Position numbers and translations under genes: made by a program. The notes under the pieces are model-generated. The model was not told where the DNA came from. It made no database searches and worked only from the letters and a program-made list of their open reading frames with translations. Positions 51,296 to 62,672 of a stretch of DNA of 64,000 nucleotides are shown piece after piece. This DNA is from Chara braunii (Eukaryota > Plantae > Charophyceae). Within the stretch, counting starts at the first letter, position 1, and every line of letters starts with the position of its first letter. The DNA is taken from contig BFEA01000024.1 in NCBI GenBank assembly GCA_003427395.1, positions 337,989-401,988 of the forward strand. Direction: 5' to 3'.

Positions 51296-51950
51296 ATGAG
51301 CGCAATCCAATTTTTCCCTTTTAGTGAATCAGTCTTGGCCAGCCTCAACATCATAGCCCTCATAGATGCAGTCCAGTATCAATGCGTCAGTGCAGTTGGC
51401 TTCAGACAAGGAAACCTATCTATTTTTGTTGTTCTCACCAGTTTTGCAGCAGGCACTATCCTCGACCTAAGACTACGTGCAGAAAGGCAAGGAAACTCAT
51501 GAAAATTTTGATTCAGTTTGGATCTTAGCGGCTAGATACCTTGAGGAGAGAGAGAGGGAGCTAGACGAGAGTGGAGTGCAGCTGATTCGCAGCTTCGGAG
51601 CAAAGCTCTACACAGATTACCCCAAGCCTCCAGTTCCATCTACTCTCACTGATGGTTCTTATTTGGGTAAACTGGTGGATCTAGCCAAGAGGTACATTTC
51701 GCCTGCAGTGATTGATTATGAGGCAGTGACTCAACCGTCAGAGTTCCAACATCTCAAACGAGGGATTGTCTCTCGACCATATCTCCCTACACCATGGGAG
51801 GAGTTTTGCGCTATGGTTGACTTTCGGGTCATGGGACTTGGTTGGAAGTGTTCAGAGCTCGCAGGCTTCAGTTGGCTCTACATTGACAGACCACAACCTC
51901 AGAGAGTACAGAGACTTGGCTCAAAGTACAGGAAACACACAGCAAGATGA
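51296..51950 (+). pseudogene. LTR-encoded accessory ORF 'L', 3' copy (single 2-nt deletion near 51472)
   Basis: ORFs 51296-51502 and 51477-51950 join into ~218 aa if the CT present in the 5' copy (AGACTCTAC) is restored. Confidence 0.7.
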
Positions 51951-52450
51951 GAGATTGAGTGTACTATCCAAAGGGATGAGTGAGGACCCTTGACTTGTGC
52001 TGGCCATGCTCTCATCATGTGTACTCACTGAGATTATTATGAGTTCTCATTTTTCCCTCACTCATCTTGTCATTGCTCGAGTCAGTCAGTCTTGCTTCTT
52101 TTGCATTGACTCTGGCAGATGATTATGTTTTTGATGATTTTGTCACAGTTCTCAAAATTAAAAAATTGGCAAAACTAATGCATGCATTACATACCAAATT
52201 TCATGATTATTATTTGCATAATCTTTGCTGTTCCGAATCAAAATAAAAGATTCCTAAGACCGGGGAGTCGCGGGGACCGGCAAAGACCAGAATTGAAGGG
52301 TCTCGCTCAAAGTCGGACGCAGACAACAGGAAGGTATTTGCCGTAATTAATTAATTTATTTATTACAGAACAGCATCCAAAATCCTGCATGATAGACTGT
52401 TGGCTTTTTGGTCGCCCAAAGAGGTCCGAGTAGAAAAAAAAAGTGCGACA

Positions 52451-53102
52451 ACGCCTATTGCACTGCACAAGGGGTGGAAACCTAAGCGTCCCATTGATGT
52501 GTTAACACGGGACCAGTTTCTTAGGTTACCTCCAAGGACCCGGGAGTATGCAGTATTGTTTCAAGAATACATTAAGAAAGTAAAGAAAAATTTAAAGAAA
52601 GCTCAGGACCAGATGATTGAACAAGCCAACAAGCATCGCCGACCATCAACATTCAAGGAAGGTGATCTAGTCTGGGTCAAGTCCAAAGAGTTTTCGTTGG
52701 AAGAAGATGTGTCTTAGAAACTTTTGTCTGTCTATTTTGGACCTTGGGAAGTTTCTCAAAGTAATTGGGGATGCAGAGGGACCGTCTTATCGTATTGATA
52801 TTCCCCTTCACCTCAAAACGTATCATGTCTTTCACGCGTCCAAATTGTTACCCTATGTAGAAGGAAACGAGTTCCCAAACAGACCATCTATGGTTCCGCC
52901 ATCCATGAAAGGCAGATATGAAGTAGACAGAATCATAGGACAAGGGTACTTCTCTATAGGTGGATGTGGACGACCCCAGAAACAGTCCAAGGTACGTTTC
53001 AAATCTCATGCACCATCTTAGGACATATGGTTTAGTAAACGAGAATTACTTGAAACTGCTCCTGATATTGTATCTGCATATGAACGTGGGTTAAAGTCTT
53101 AG
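52451..53102 (+). pseudogene. pol: pol of element 2, 3' part (integrase C-terminus, GPW motif, chromodomain)
   Basis: AQDQMIEQANKHRRPSTFKEGDLVWV, YFGPW, YHVFHASKL, YEVDRII...VRFK...WF. Confidence 0.9.
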
Positions 53103-53141
53103 TTATTTCTGTGATGGAGCTCGAAATTGGGTCGGCAGGAA

Positions 53142-53820
53142 TGCAGTAACCCGTGTTCTGCAGCAGTCTGGGCCTCGAACGGAGCCTAGACTACACAAGC
53201 CAAACTCGGCCTGTGCCAGGCAATATGACCACACACTGCCCTGGGAAAGTCAACAGTCTAAGTCAACTGTCAAACGTACCACGTCCAGACCCTTGGTCGG
53301 ATACACTCACTTGTTGTGCGCAGGTACCCAGACAACATCAAGGCCATAGGGAGTTCGGTTTCAGGCCTATCTGGGCCGTCATTTGCCTTGAGATCTCGAC
53401 GGCCGAGGGAAGCAGCAACCAGGGCCAAGACCCCGCATCAACGGTACATAAGCCTGGACCTCCTGGCTTGGAGAACATTCTGTCTTGCGTTAATGCTGAC
53501 TTTACACATTGACTACGACGCTAGCGCGACGTTGCGATGCTAGCTGCATGCTGGCTCTACGCTGGCACTTGGGCGACTACGGTGACGTGCTGCTGGCTTG
53601 GCATGGTGGTTGGCTGACAATTGTCTTCTGGGCAGGCTGACGTGGCAGCTGCCACACGCCGCCGCTGACGTGGCCGCTGCCACGTGTATTGTTGCTGACG
53701 TGGCGAGGCTACGTGACTGACATTGTTGTTCTGACTCATCGTCACTCGGGAGGAGATCGTAACTGTGGGGCGACTGTAGATACGTACCTGATTTTCTTGA
53801 TGTCGACATTGCTCCCTTTT
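53142..53820 (+). repeat. 3' LTR of element 2 (truncated by gap)
   Basis: Preceded by GGGTCGGCAGGAA (PPT-like); matches 19758-~20430. Confidence 0.9.
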
Positions 53821-54816
53821 NNNNNNNNNNNNNNNNNNNNNNNNNNNNNNNNNNNNNNNNNNNNNNNNNNNNNNNNNNNNNNNNNNNNNNNNNNNNNNNN
53901 NNNNNNNNNNNNNNNNNNNNNNNNNNNNNNNNNNNNNNNNNNNNNNNNNNNNNNNNNNNNNNNNNNNNNNNNNNNNNNNNNNNNNNNNNNNNNNNNNNNN
54001 NNNNNNNNNNNNNNNNNNNNNNNNNNNNNNNNNNNNNNNNNNNNNNNNNNNNNNNNNNNNNNNNNNNNNNNNNNNNNNNNNNNNNNNNNNNNNNNNNNNN
54101 NNNNNNNNNNNNNNNNNNNNNNNNNNNNNNNNNNNNNNNNNNNNNNNNNNNNNNNNNNNNNNNNNNNNNNNNNNNNNNNNNNNNNNNNNNNNNNNNNNNN
54201 NNNNNNNNNNNNNNNNNNNNNNNNNNNNNNNNNNNNNNNNNNNNNNNNNNNNNNNNNNNNNNNNNNNNNNNNNNNNNNNNNNNNNNNNNNNNNNNNNNNN
54301 NNNNNNNNNNNNNNNNNNNNNNNNNNNNNNNNNNNNNNNNNNNNNNNNNNNNNNNNNNNNNNNNNNNNNNNNNNNNNNNNNNNNNNNNNNNNNNNNNNNN
54401 NNNNNNNNNNNNNNNNNNNNNNNNNNNNNNNNNNNNNNNNNNNNNNNNNNNNNNNNNNNNNNNNNNNNNNNNNNNNNNNNNNNNNNNNNNNNNNNNNNNN
54501 NNNNNNNNNNNNNNNNNNNNNNNNNNNNNNNNNNNNNNNNNNNNNNNNNNNNNNNNNNNNNNNNNNNNNNNNNNNNNNNNNNNNNNNNNNNNNNNNNNNN
54601 NNNNNNNNNNNNNNNNNNNNNNNNNNNNNNNNNNNNNNNNNNNNNNNNNNNNNNNNNNNNNNNNNNNNNNNNNNNNNNNNNNNNNNNNNNNNNNNNNNNN
54701 NNNNNNNNNNNNNNNNNNNNNNNNNNNNNNNNNNNNNNNNNNNNNNNNNNNNNNNNNNNNNNNNNNNNNNNNNNNNNNNNNNNNNNNNNNNNNNNNNNNN
54801 NNNNNNNNNNNGTAAA

Positions 54817-54876
54817 TGTGTGTGTGTTTGTGTGTGCACGCATGCACGTGTGTGTTTGTGTGTGCACGCGCGCACG

Positions 54877-54933
<57 letters not shown>

Positions 54934-54951
54934 GAGAGAGAAAGAGAGAGA
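54817..54951. repeat. Compound (GT)n(GA)n microsatellite
   Basis: Direct read. Confidence 0.9.
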
Positions 54952-56380
54952 TTCCGCCTCCTTTCCCTGGTCTCCCTTCTTACTCTGCTGCTCCTGCCCT
55001 GCCCCTTGGCTCCCTTCTTTTATTTTTGGCTCCAAGGGTGTCGGTGGGGCCCATGCATCCAGGGGACGGGTCTCCAAGTTGGGTTCCCCGGTACCTTCCC
55101 ACTCCCATCCCTTGGGTGTCCCTCCCCTCTGGGGCTCCTCTACGTAAGCCCACCTCTCATGGCCTAAGTCCACCGGGTGCCATCGGGTGGTTCTGAGGGG
55201 ATCCCGTTGCAGACGTCCTGTGGACCTGGCCATTCGGGCGGGGTGAGCCGGGCAAGAGTCATCCATACACAAGTGGCCATAGCTCTTGCATTTGAAACAC
55301 CATGGCCGTAACTTGTATGCGATATGGATAATTATGTACAAAATGACATCATCAATGGCAAATGGGGGGTTTGTGGGGACATCGAGGGCCAACATGCGAT
55401 AATCGTCCCGTTGTGCCATGAAAGAGGGGTGGGGATCGATAAAATCAAGAATCTTATAGCGTTGTCCCAAATCTAGTAAGAAGGTGGCCTGAATTTTGAC
55501 AGGGATATGTCGGAATTCGACCCAAAAATATTGTACCATTATTTGCGCCCCCCGCTCTTCTGGTCCTAGGCATGGAGGAGAGTCAACAAGTACTGGACAC
55601 CAGTGCAAACGGCAAGATAGCACCACGGTTGGGGTCTTGGGCCGAGACGGCAAAGAAATCGCTGACATCCGTCGGACAAGGAGGGGCAGGGGACTCACAG
55701 GGCACCGGGTCTGGTGGCATGGAAGCACCAAAGAAGCCGTTCCGAGGCAAAACCCTCGTGATCCCAAGGGGGATTCGCACAGATGGTGACCCCAATCAGC
55801 ATATCCCCCTGGATAAGGTGGCCTCGGCCCGGGCTTCATTCCTAACCAATTCTTATGTGCATCTGATTCCCAAGGGGGGAAGAAGATGTTAGTGAAAACC
55901 TTCCCGACAGCGAACTTGGAAAACAGGGATGGGGTCTACCAGCAACACGCAAGCAAGTATGTGTTTTTTGATGATGCGGTATACAAATCAACGAACGAGA
56001 AAATAAAGTGGATAAGGCTACGTCTCCAAACGCTGACACGTGATGCAGAAGCGGCCAGAGACTCCTTCCTTACATACGGAAAAATGTCAATTCTTGGCCT
56101 CTTGTGAATATTCAGGCCCGCCTTCACTTAGGGCGGGCACAGGCCTTGCTGAGGGCCTCTGCCCAGAACATGTGCATGTCTGTTAAGGGCCCCGCGAGGG
56201 CCCATTCCCCGCACATACACGACCCCCCGCGAGGGCTCATTCCCTGCACACATACGACCCCTTTAGGGTCACACTGGCCTGTACCCAGGCCTTGGCACAT
56301 ATTGGCAGGCCCGCCTTCACTTAGGGCGGGCAAGGCCTTTGCCAGCACTGCCGAGCGCTCAAATCCTCGCACACGCACAC
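54952..56380 (-). mobile_element. LINE (L1-like) 5' fragment: 5' UTR plus degenerate ORF1
   Basis: NGFF and WVEFRHIP motifs (like the plant L1 ORF1 'WVRIxGLP') and CFKCKSYGHLCMDDSCP knuckle; ends at the microsatellite; no ORF2 seen. Confidence 0.6.
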
Positions 56381-57113
56381 ACAGACTTAGAAAATTCAGC
56401 AGAAAGCAGGAATCTCAGCAAGGCACACATTCCAGCAGCAAAACTCAGAAATTAGCAGGGTTCTCAGTCTGTGTTTTTGCAGGTCATTAATAGAAATGGC
56501 ACTTATGCTGGAGTCACCCCCAACGTTCAGAATAGGCAACTTCAGCAGTTCCCAAAATGGAGCAAAAAAGACCACCCTAAATCTGCCAAGAGCCACTACG
56601 GGTAATGACTGGCGCAGTCTTAGACCCCTGCTAAACTTGCACTTTTGAAACTCACACCATGACACCAGTGCCACTTTGTCTTTTCTTGCCTATTTTAAAC
56701 TAAAAGTCTGTCACAGCCACAGTTTCCCCTAATGAAAAGAATTGAAACAACTACGTTCCAGTCATGGTTTGAGCCTTTGAATAGGCCGAAAAAACACTAA
56801 ATTAAGTTTTGTTGTGGCAGAAGTTTGGAATGTGCAAAAAACGAAAAATTAGCCATGTTTTTTTTTTTTGAAACAAGTACGTTTATGTCACTGTTTGAGT
56901 TCAAAAAGGCAGAAAAAACACGAAACCGTAACGAAGACACGGCCAGAGTTTGTAAAGGCAAAAATAACAGGAAATGGCAGTCACATCAGGGCCAGAGCTT
57001 AAACAGAGCACTTTTGTCACCTCGTTGTCAGGGCTTTTCTTTTTTTTTTGTCAGTTTTTTTTTTGCGTCAGTGTTTTTTTTTTTTTTTGCATCAGGTTTT
57101 TTTTTTTCGTCAG

Positions 57114-57145
<32 letters not shown>

Positions 57146-57941
57146 CCTGCGGCAGTGACTGGACGACGGTCGAGATGTCTATGCCACACCCATGCTGGGC
57201 CACGGCCGCGATGTCTAGGCCACACCCACGGCTGGGCCATGGCCGTCATGTCTGGACCACGCCTGCGGCTGGGCACGGGTGCACCAAAAAAAAAAAAAAA
57301 AAAAAAAAGATGCAAAAAAAAACCCTGACGCCCAAAAAAAAGAGTTAAAAAAAAAAAGTGGGACAGGCCAGTACCAGGGAACGGACCGATACCAAACATG
57401 CCACAACCGCCTTAACGAAACCGCCACCCTGACACCACTGCCGGCCTGAGTTACAACCGCCTTTTCAAACTCAGGCCATGACAAAGTTGCCGACTCGTTT
57501 TATTTCCACCCATTACAAACTCCATGTGACATAAACGTACTTCCCTCTTTTTTTTGTGTCGTTTTTTAACTCAGGCCCTCTGCACACCACGGCACCCCCC
57601 TGTAGTTATGACATCTGCGGTGATTAGAAACTGCCGTGCCTCTTTTATTGTCTTTTCAAACATGGCGTGTGACTGACCTATTGGTACGTGCTGTTTTTGC
57701 CTATTCGAACTCGTTGGTGGCTACAGGCGTAGTTGGCTCAAAATAATTTTTGGTTCTGCAAACAGGTTTGGCAGCCAGAAGAAATGACAGTGAAGTCATT
57801 CCTTCAGGTGATTTGATCAGTAGCTTCCAAAACAGGTACTGGAGCTTCTATTTTGTCTGATATCACCAGGCTGGCGGTCCCTGAGCTATTCAGATCTGGT
57901 CATCCGGTCTGGACAGCCTGCCCGCGCACAGTCCCCCTCAC

Positions 57942-58063
57942 CCTGTATCAAAAACTACAGGCTGAGCTACAAAGACTGGACGAAGATTGATGCCATTATC
58001 CCCCTGTGCCCACTCACAGATTTCCCGGACCCCTTTCCCCCTTATGCTCAATCCCTGGTAGAT
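57942..58063 (-). CDS. Possible coding exon of a host gene (continues from the 60142-60329 exon)
   Basis: ctgcag|ATC TAC CAG acceptor in phase 0, GTGAG donor; reads IYQGLSIRGK...; the true donor is uncertain. Confidence 0.35.
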
Positions 58064-58162
58064 CTGCAGTGGTATGGTAGCGATGAGAGTGCAGGGTACG
58101 CGGGAGGGAAGGCACTCTGCCAATGTTTTACAGCTCCTTTCTGGTGACCGTTTTTTCGGTCT

Positions 58163-58261
58163 GTCCTTCAGGACATCTGTTAAAAATTTTGGAATGATAC
58201 AGCGAAGATTAGCATGGACCCTGCACAAGGATGACATGCATAAATCGAGAAATGGTCCAAA
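58163..58261 (+). pseudogene. U6: U6 snRNA retro-pseudogene (plant type)
   Basis: GTCCTTCAGGACATCTG...GATACAGCGAAGATTAGCATGG.CCCTGC.CAAGGATGACA.GCATAAATCGAGAAATGGTCCAAA. The ACAGAGA box is mutated to ACAGCGA, there is no T-run terminator, and an A-tail follows the MITE. Confidence 0.88.
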
Positions 58262-58262
58262 G

Positions 58263-58526
58263 CTAGGCTACCAGCCGGGCCGCACGGGTCACCCTGTTTT
58301 CCCGGGCGGCCCGGCCGTGCAAGGACCAGGGAAGGGTCCCAGCAAAAAAACAAAAAAAAATCAAAAATAAAAGAACTCCGGAAAACAACTATGTTATGCA
58401 GAAAAATAAAGTGAACAGCTTTTGCCTCAGGGTCACATCGAAATTGTTTACCATTTTTTTTTTCTTTTTTTTTTCTTTTTTTTGGCCCAGCCGAGCAAGT
58501 GGTCCCGGGCCACTCTGGTAGCCTAG
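58263..58526. mobile_element. hAT-type MITE (264 bp)
   Basis: Perfect 12-bp TIR CTAGGCTACCAG/CTGGTAGCCTAG; 8-bp TSD GTCCAAAG/GCCCAAAG. Confidence 0.85.
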
Positions 58527-60141
58527 GCCCAAAGTAAAAAAAAAAGAAAAGGGACAAAAAACAACCACCCATTCCAGTCTTATTCTCTCAGTCATGTTCT
58601 TATTGTTCTCAGCCGAAGCCGGTAATGGCCCCGGTATTTCAAAATTCTGTACATTTCCATATGGACCGCTGGGCACGGTTCCCAGAACGTGCTGCTCCCC
58701 ACAAATAGATTGGAGCAAGGTTAAGAAAAGAAAAAAAAGAAAACAAGAGAAAGGCCTTCTGTACAACTGGATGTTCAGTAGAGCAAAATCAAGTTTTCGG
58801 AACATTGGGCGAACATAAACAACTTGGATAGAGAATAAACGTCTTTTTCTCTCTTAAAAAAGGATGATGGCCTTGATATCATTGTCGAATGGGTTGGCCC
58901 CAGGTTATTCAGAATGTCATTCATTTAGTTCCATCTGGATTCGAACACACGTCTGTATTCCAACAGTTCATGGGGGTACGAACTGAGCTACGGTCCGTCT
59001 TCACCTGAGTAAAACGCCCTGTCATTATCGCTGCATCTGGTCTGAAAGTTGCCCCAAATACAGGTATAATGACCGGGCGTGCTATTCGGGTGAAAACCGT
59101 CGGCAAACATAGACAACGTTTGGGTGAGGGTTAACTCAAAACTCACCAAATCACACATATATTGAAGGGGAAAAAAAACATTTCATGCCTGAGCGGCACG
59201 GTGTAGGTGCTGGGTTCTGATCCCGTTGCTGTCACTTTGGGTGGCCTGAGGAGGATAGCCAGGGCCAGCCGACGCTGATAGCTTGCTGGGGTGAGTTGTG
59301 CCGCCCTGTAACCCGTGGCAATGTGGGAGCGTCAGGTCAGGTGGAAGTGGCTGCTCAGGTTCTGCTGCGGCCCGGTCAGGACACACCCAGTAAAAGAATT
59401 CTCAGGTTGAATTCTCAGTCAGAATCATCATAATTGACATTAATGGCTTGATTACGATGCCTATCAGGGTTGAGACTGTCAATTTCAGGATATGTCAGGC
59501 TTAAACTCTCAAAAGACCTATCATAGCAAGAGCTCGGTAACCAATAATCATGACATAAAATCTACAATAACTTCCCTAATAATCTCGAATTACCTGGGGC
59601 CGGCCACCTGTGGATGTATCTCAAGACTGCCACCCTTTTTTTAGAGGAAAAGAAACCCTTTAACCCCTTTCAGTCCCTTCAGAAACCCCGTTAAAGCCCA
59701 CATGTACTTTTTGGACCATAGGCTTTGGATATGGGCTCCCTTTGACAAGGGCAACACAAAGCACACTGATGTCAGACTGACGAGATGTCTCCATGTGCAT
59801 TTTCTTAGCTGTCCAAATTCCCAAACAGGTGGGGGGAGGGTCGTCCAGGCCATTGGAGTTTGCTTCTTTTCGTTTTCTACGTGTTCTTGTCATTCCCTTG
59901 CTTCAACTTCATTTCAAGTTCTTTCCTCTGCACGATGCACATGCCATAAGCTTCAGTGATTGTCAGTGCAGCTGTCCAAAACAATGATTAGCAGCTTAAC
60001 AAATTAACACATTCCTTGATCCAGTTAACATTGATTTTGCCAATTTTCAAAGTGCATCTTTGAAGTTTGCTTCTTTTAGTTTCAACATATTCTCGCCGCT
60101 CCCTTGTTCGAAGTTTGTTTCAAGATTTTCTTTTCTCTCAC

Positions 60142-60329
60142 CTGCCACAAGTTTCGGTGATCAACAATGCGGCTGAAGAAAATGATAAGGACTTCAACGC
60201 GTTCCTCAGGCCGAGTAAAAAGTCTGATTAGTCTCACAGTCTGCTCTGTCGTTACCCAAACCAGGCATGATCTTGACCGTAGATTGCAGATCCGATCCTC
60301 CGCGGAAAGATGCTCTGGTCCAAGCTCCT
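60142..60329 (-). CDS. Probable internal exon of a host gene; helical repeat resembling DUF4476-like segments
   Basis: tttcag acceptor and CAG|GTGAGA donor; reads LRSRSCLVWVTTEQTVRLIRLFTRPEERVEVLIIFFSRIVDHRNLWQ. Confidence 0.6.
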
Positions 60330-60844
60330 CTGAAATCATTCTACCATCCAAAGCAACAAGGTTATTCAGTAATAAAAAAAAAGATTTCCCAGACGCCCCT
60401 GTTTTTTACCAGTCACGGGCCTCAGTCTCTCTACCACGATGAGAGTTGCATATCTCTACGTTTGTTGGACACATAGATGGTTTCAACAAGTCCTCCTGGG
60501 TGTCACCATGAGTGACTCCCAAAAAGTACAATACATGTTTCTTTTCTGCAGACAATTTCTCAGTTGGATGCATTCTTGGGAGGCTGTCAGGGTGCGGGGG
60601 AGAACAAAAAGAAAATGGCCTGACAGACATGAAAAGATGGGTGCTGTGCCGCAAGAGGTGCAAGGAAACATGCGACAAAGGGATATGGAATACGGCCTAG
60701 GACAGTGTCTTTCAGTCTGTGCCGGATTTCTGTGGGCAAAAGTCACTTTCTAGGGCCAGGACTCGCCTGAGATGGCCTTCAGGTCAAATGGACTGGGGTA
60801 CCGGGCATCATATAATATCCGTTCATGCTGGCCGTAATCAGCGT

Positions 60845-61215
60845 CCATCCTATCTTCAAATGTGCAAACTTTTGGGTGAGAGTGCAACGGATTCCAGTAT
60901 CCAAAAAAGACAACCTTTTGTAATAAGGGTGTACACTGTTTTCGAGCACATCAGATTCCCCAATTTCCGAACAAGGGTGCATTTGGTATCCAACCACCCT
61001 AAACTGCATTTTAGTTCAAGCTGAGTTTTTTCCCGTTTTGCAGTTTGGACTTGAGTGACCTCAAGCAGTCATTTGGCCTGTCTGGTAAGGGCCATTTTCA
61101 GGATAAGTGGTCATCGACAGTGTTGTCAGGCGGGGATCAACAGGGGCCGAGCCGGGTGGGGGTTTGATCCCCGGACCCGCCGGCGTGGCGATCCTGGACC
61201 CCCGGCCCCGCCCCT
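60845..61215 (+). repeat. ~360-bp direct repeat, second copy at ~63604-64000
   Basis: TCTTCAAA.GTGCAAA.TTTTGGGTGAGAGTGCAACG...GTCATTTGGCCTGTCTGGTAAGGGCCA... shared; ~85% by eye. Confidence 0.85.
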
Positions 61216-61316
61216 GCCCCTTCACCTTCACCCCCACCCCTTCACCCCCATCTATTGGTGGGGAGCAGCACCTGCTGGAAATCGGGTCCAGCGTCCCTTG
61301 ACAGTTATGGAAACAT

Positions 61317-61855
61317 ATCAGCGCGCCACGTGTCAATCCTACGAAGATCATGCACAACAAGCCGAACCAACACACGGCGCTATATATCTTGATGAGCAGC
61401 ATTGATTGCCCTCTTGCTGAGGGGACTAACTGCTCATCTTTATGAAAATGAAACGCCCCTTCCGAGACCCTTATCATCTACCAATAACAGGGAGGGGCAT
61501 TCGAAACGAGAAATTATAGAACCTACTAAGACATCAGCCCAGCACGTGGCCAACACTCAGCAAATCCACGTAGGCAAGTGTGATGCTTACCATGTCAGCG
61601 CACCACGTGTCAGTCGAACTAAAATCCTGCACAACGAACCGAACCAACACACGGCGCAATATATCCTGATAAGCAGCTTCGATTGCCCCCTTGATGAGGA
61701 GGTCAGCTGCTCATCTCTATGGAGGTGGAATACCCCCTCCGAAACCCTTATCATCTACTAATAACAGGGACGGGACTTCGGAGCGGGGATTTATAGCATC
61801 TAGTAAAACGTCAGGGCAGCACGTGGCCAAAACTCAGCGAATCCACATAGGCAGT
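61317..61855 (+). repeat. Tandem duplication of a ~277-bp unit
   Basis: Units ~61317-61578 and ~61594-61855 share CCACGTGTCA, CCGAACCAACACACGGCGC, CCCTTATCATCTA and CAGCACGTGGCCAA. Confidence 0.85.
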
Positions 61856-62068
61856 AATACCCATATGTACTGCTCCTTACTGCACCTTTCTGCGCGGCCA
61901 CGTGAGAAGTCGTTGTTTATTGCGAGTTCACCGGATACCCCAACGATCATCATCAAGATTAGATACCGAAATTGAAGAACAAAGTTATTGCAAATTACCC
62001 ACAACTACCTCCCCCCACGATTCTCAAAGTTTGTGAACGCGTTTTAAGCGGGGAGATAAGAGCCGTAC

Positions 62069-62600
62069 CTATCCTACCCCTTCCCGCCACCAACCCTCCC
62101 CCCACATTCCTGCGCCCTCTTCCTGTTCAGCGCACATCCCAATCGCCCAACCCTCTCGCCCCTGACCCCAATCTTCCCCCACGGCATACAGAAGAGAAGA
62201 CGGGATGGAAGGAGAAGACTGGGTGGAGGAGAAAGACCACCGAATCTTGTCATATATGTTGTCGCCAGCTATTTTGCCGGTGTCAACACGGTGATTGCAA
62301 TGATAATCATCGCAATCGATGGCGTTCCCAATCCTGGTAGCGGCAACTATGGTATTGTTATTATTGTTATCACGGTTATTACCGTTGTACCTGATGATGT
62401 AGTTCCCATCAGTGAGAACTACACCTACACAATCACTGTTGTCGTCGTTTTTGTCCGTACATACGTTATCATCATCATTGTTGACATGACTTTTGTCTGT
62501 ACTGTTGTTACTGTGGTTGCTGCGTATGAAATTAGCATCACCCTGCGCCACACACAGCGTAAACTCGTCGTCGATATCATTGGAATTGAAGACGCTGTCG

Positions 62601-62672
<72 letters not shown>

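Larger units (their letters stand above)
26572..52450 (+). mobile_element. Giant (25.9 kb) non-chromoviral Ty3/Gypsy LTR retrotransposon, element 3, nested in the integrase of element 2
   Basis: LTRs at 26572-33491 and 45353-52450 with TGTCG...CGACA termini; TSD ACGC at 26568-26571 and 52451-52454; gag and PR-RT-RH-INT internally. Confidence 0.93.
45353..52450 (+). repeat. 3' LTR of element 3 (7098 bp)
   Basis: Starts TGTCGGAGGG and ends AAAGTGCGACA, as the 5' LTR does. Confidence 0.92.
19758..53820 (+). mobile_element. Ty3/Gypsy chromovirus LTR retrotransposon, element 2 (host of nested element 3; 3' LTR runs into an N gap)
   Basis: 5' LTR 19758-20700 matches 53142-53820. It has a PBS, gag and pol. 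Removing 26572-52454 restores the integrase frame TTGRTPIALHKGWKP. Confidence 0.93.

Noticed and set aside
53540-55167. Long ORFs of 377-760 aa in the track
   Set aside because: Inflated by the 991-N gap and microsatellites; only the LINE ORF1 part is meaningful.
56825-57484. Phe/Lys-rich ORFs
   Set aside because: Artefacts of T/A homopolymer runs punctuated by GTCAG; probably the core of an old non-autonomous element whose ends I could not define.
58163-58261. Functional U6 gene
   Set aside because: Mutated ACAGAGA box, no T-run terminator, A-tail present.
59185-59235. Second SINE head (GGGTTCTGATCCC, B-box-like)
   Set aside because: No convincing A box or tail.
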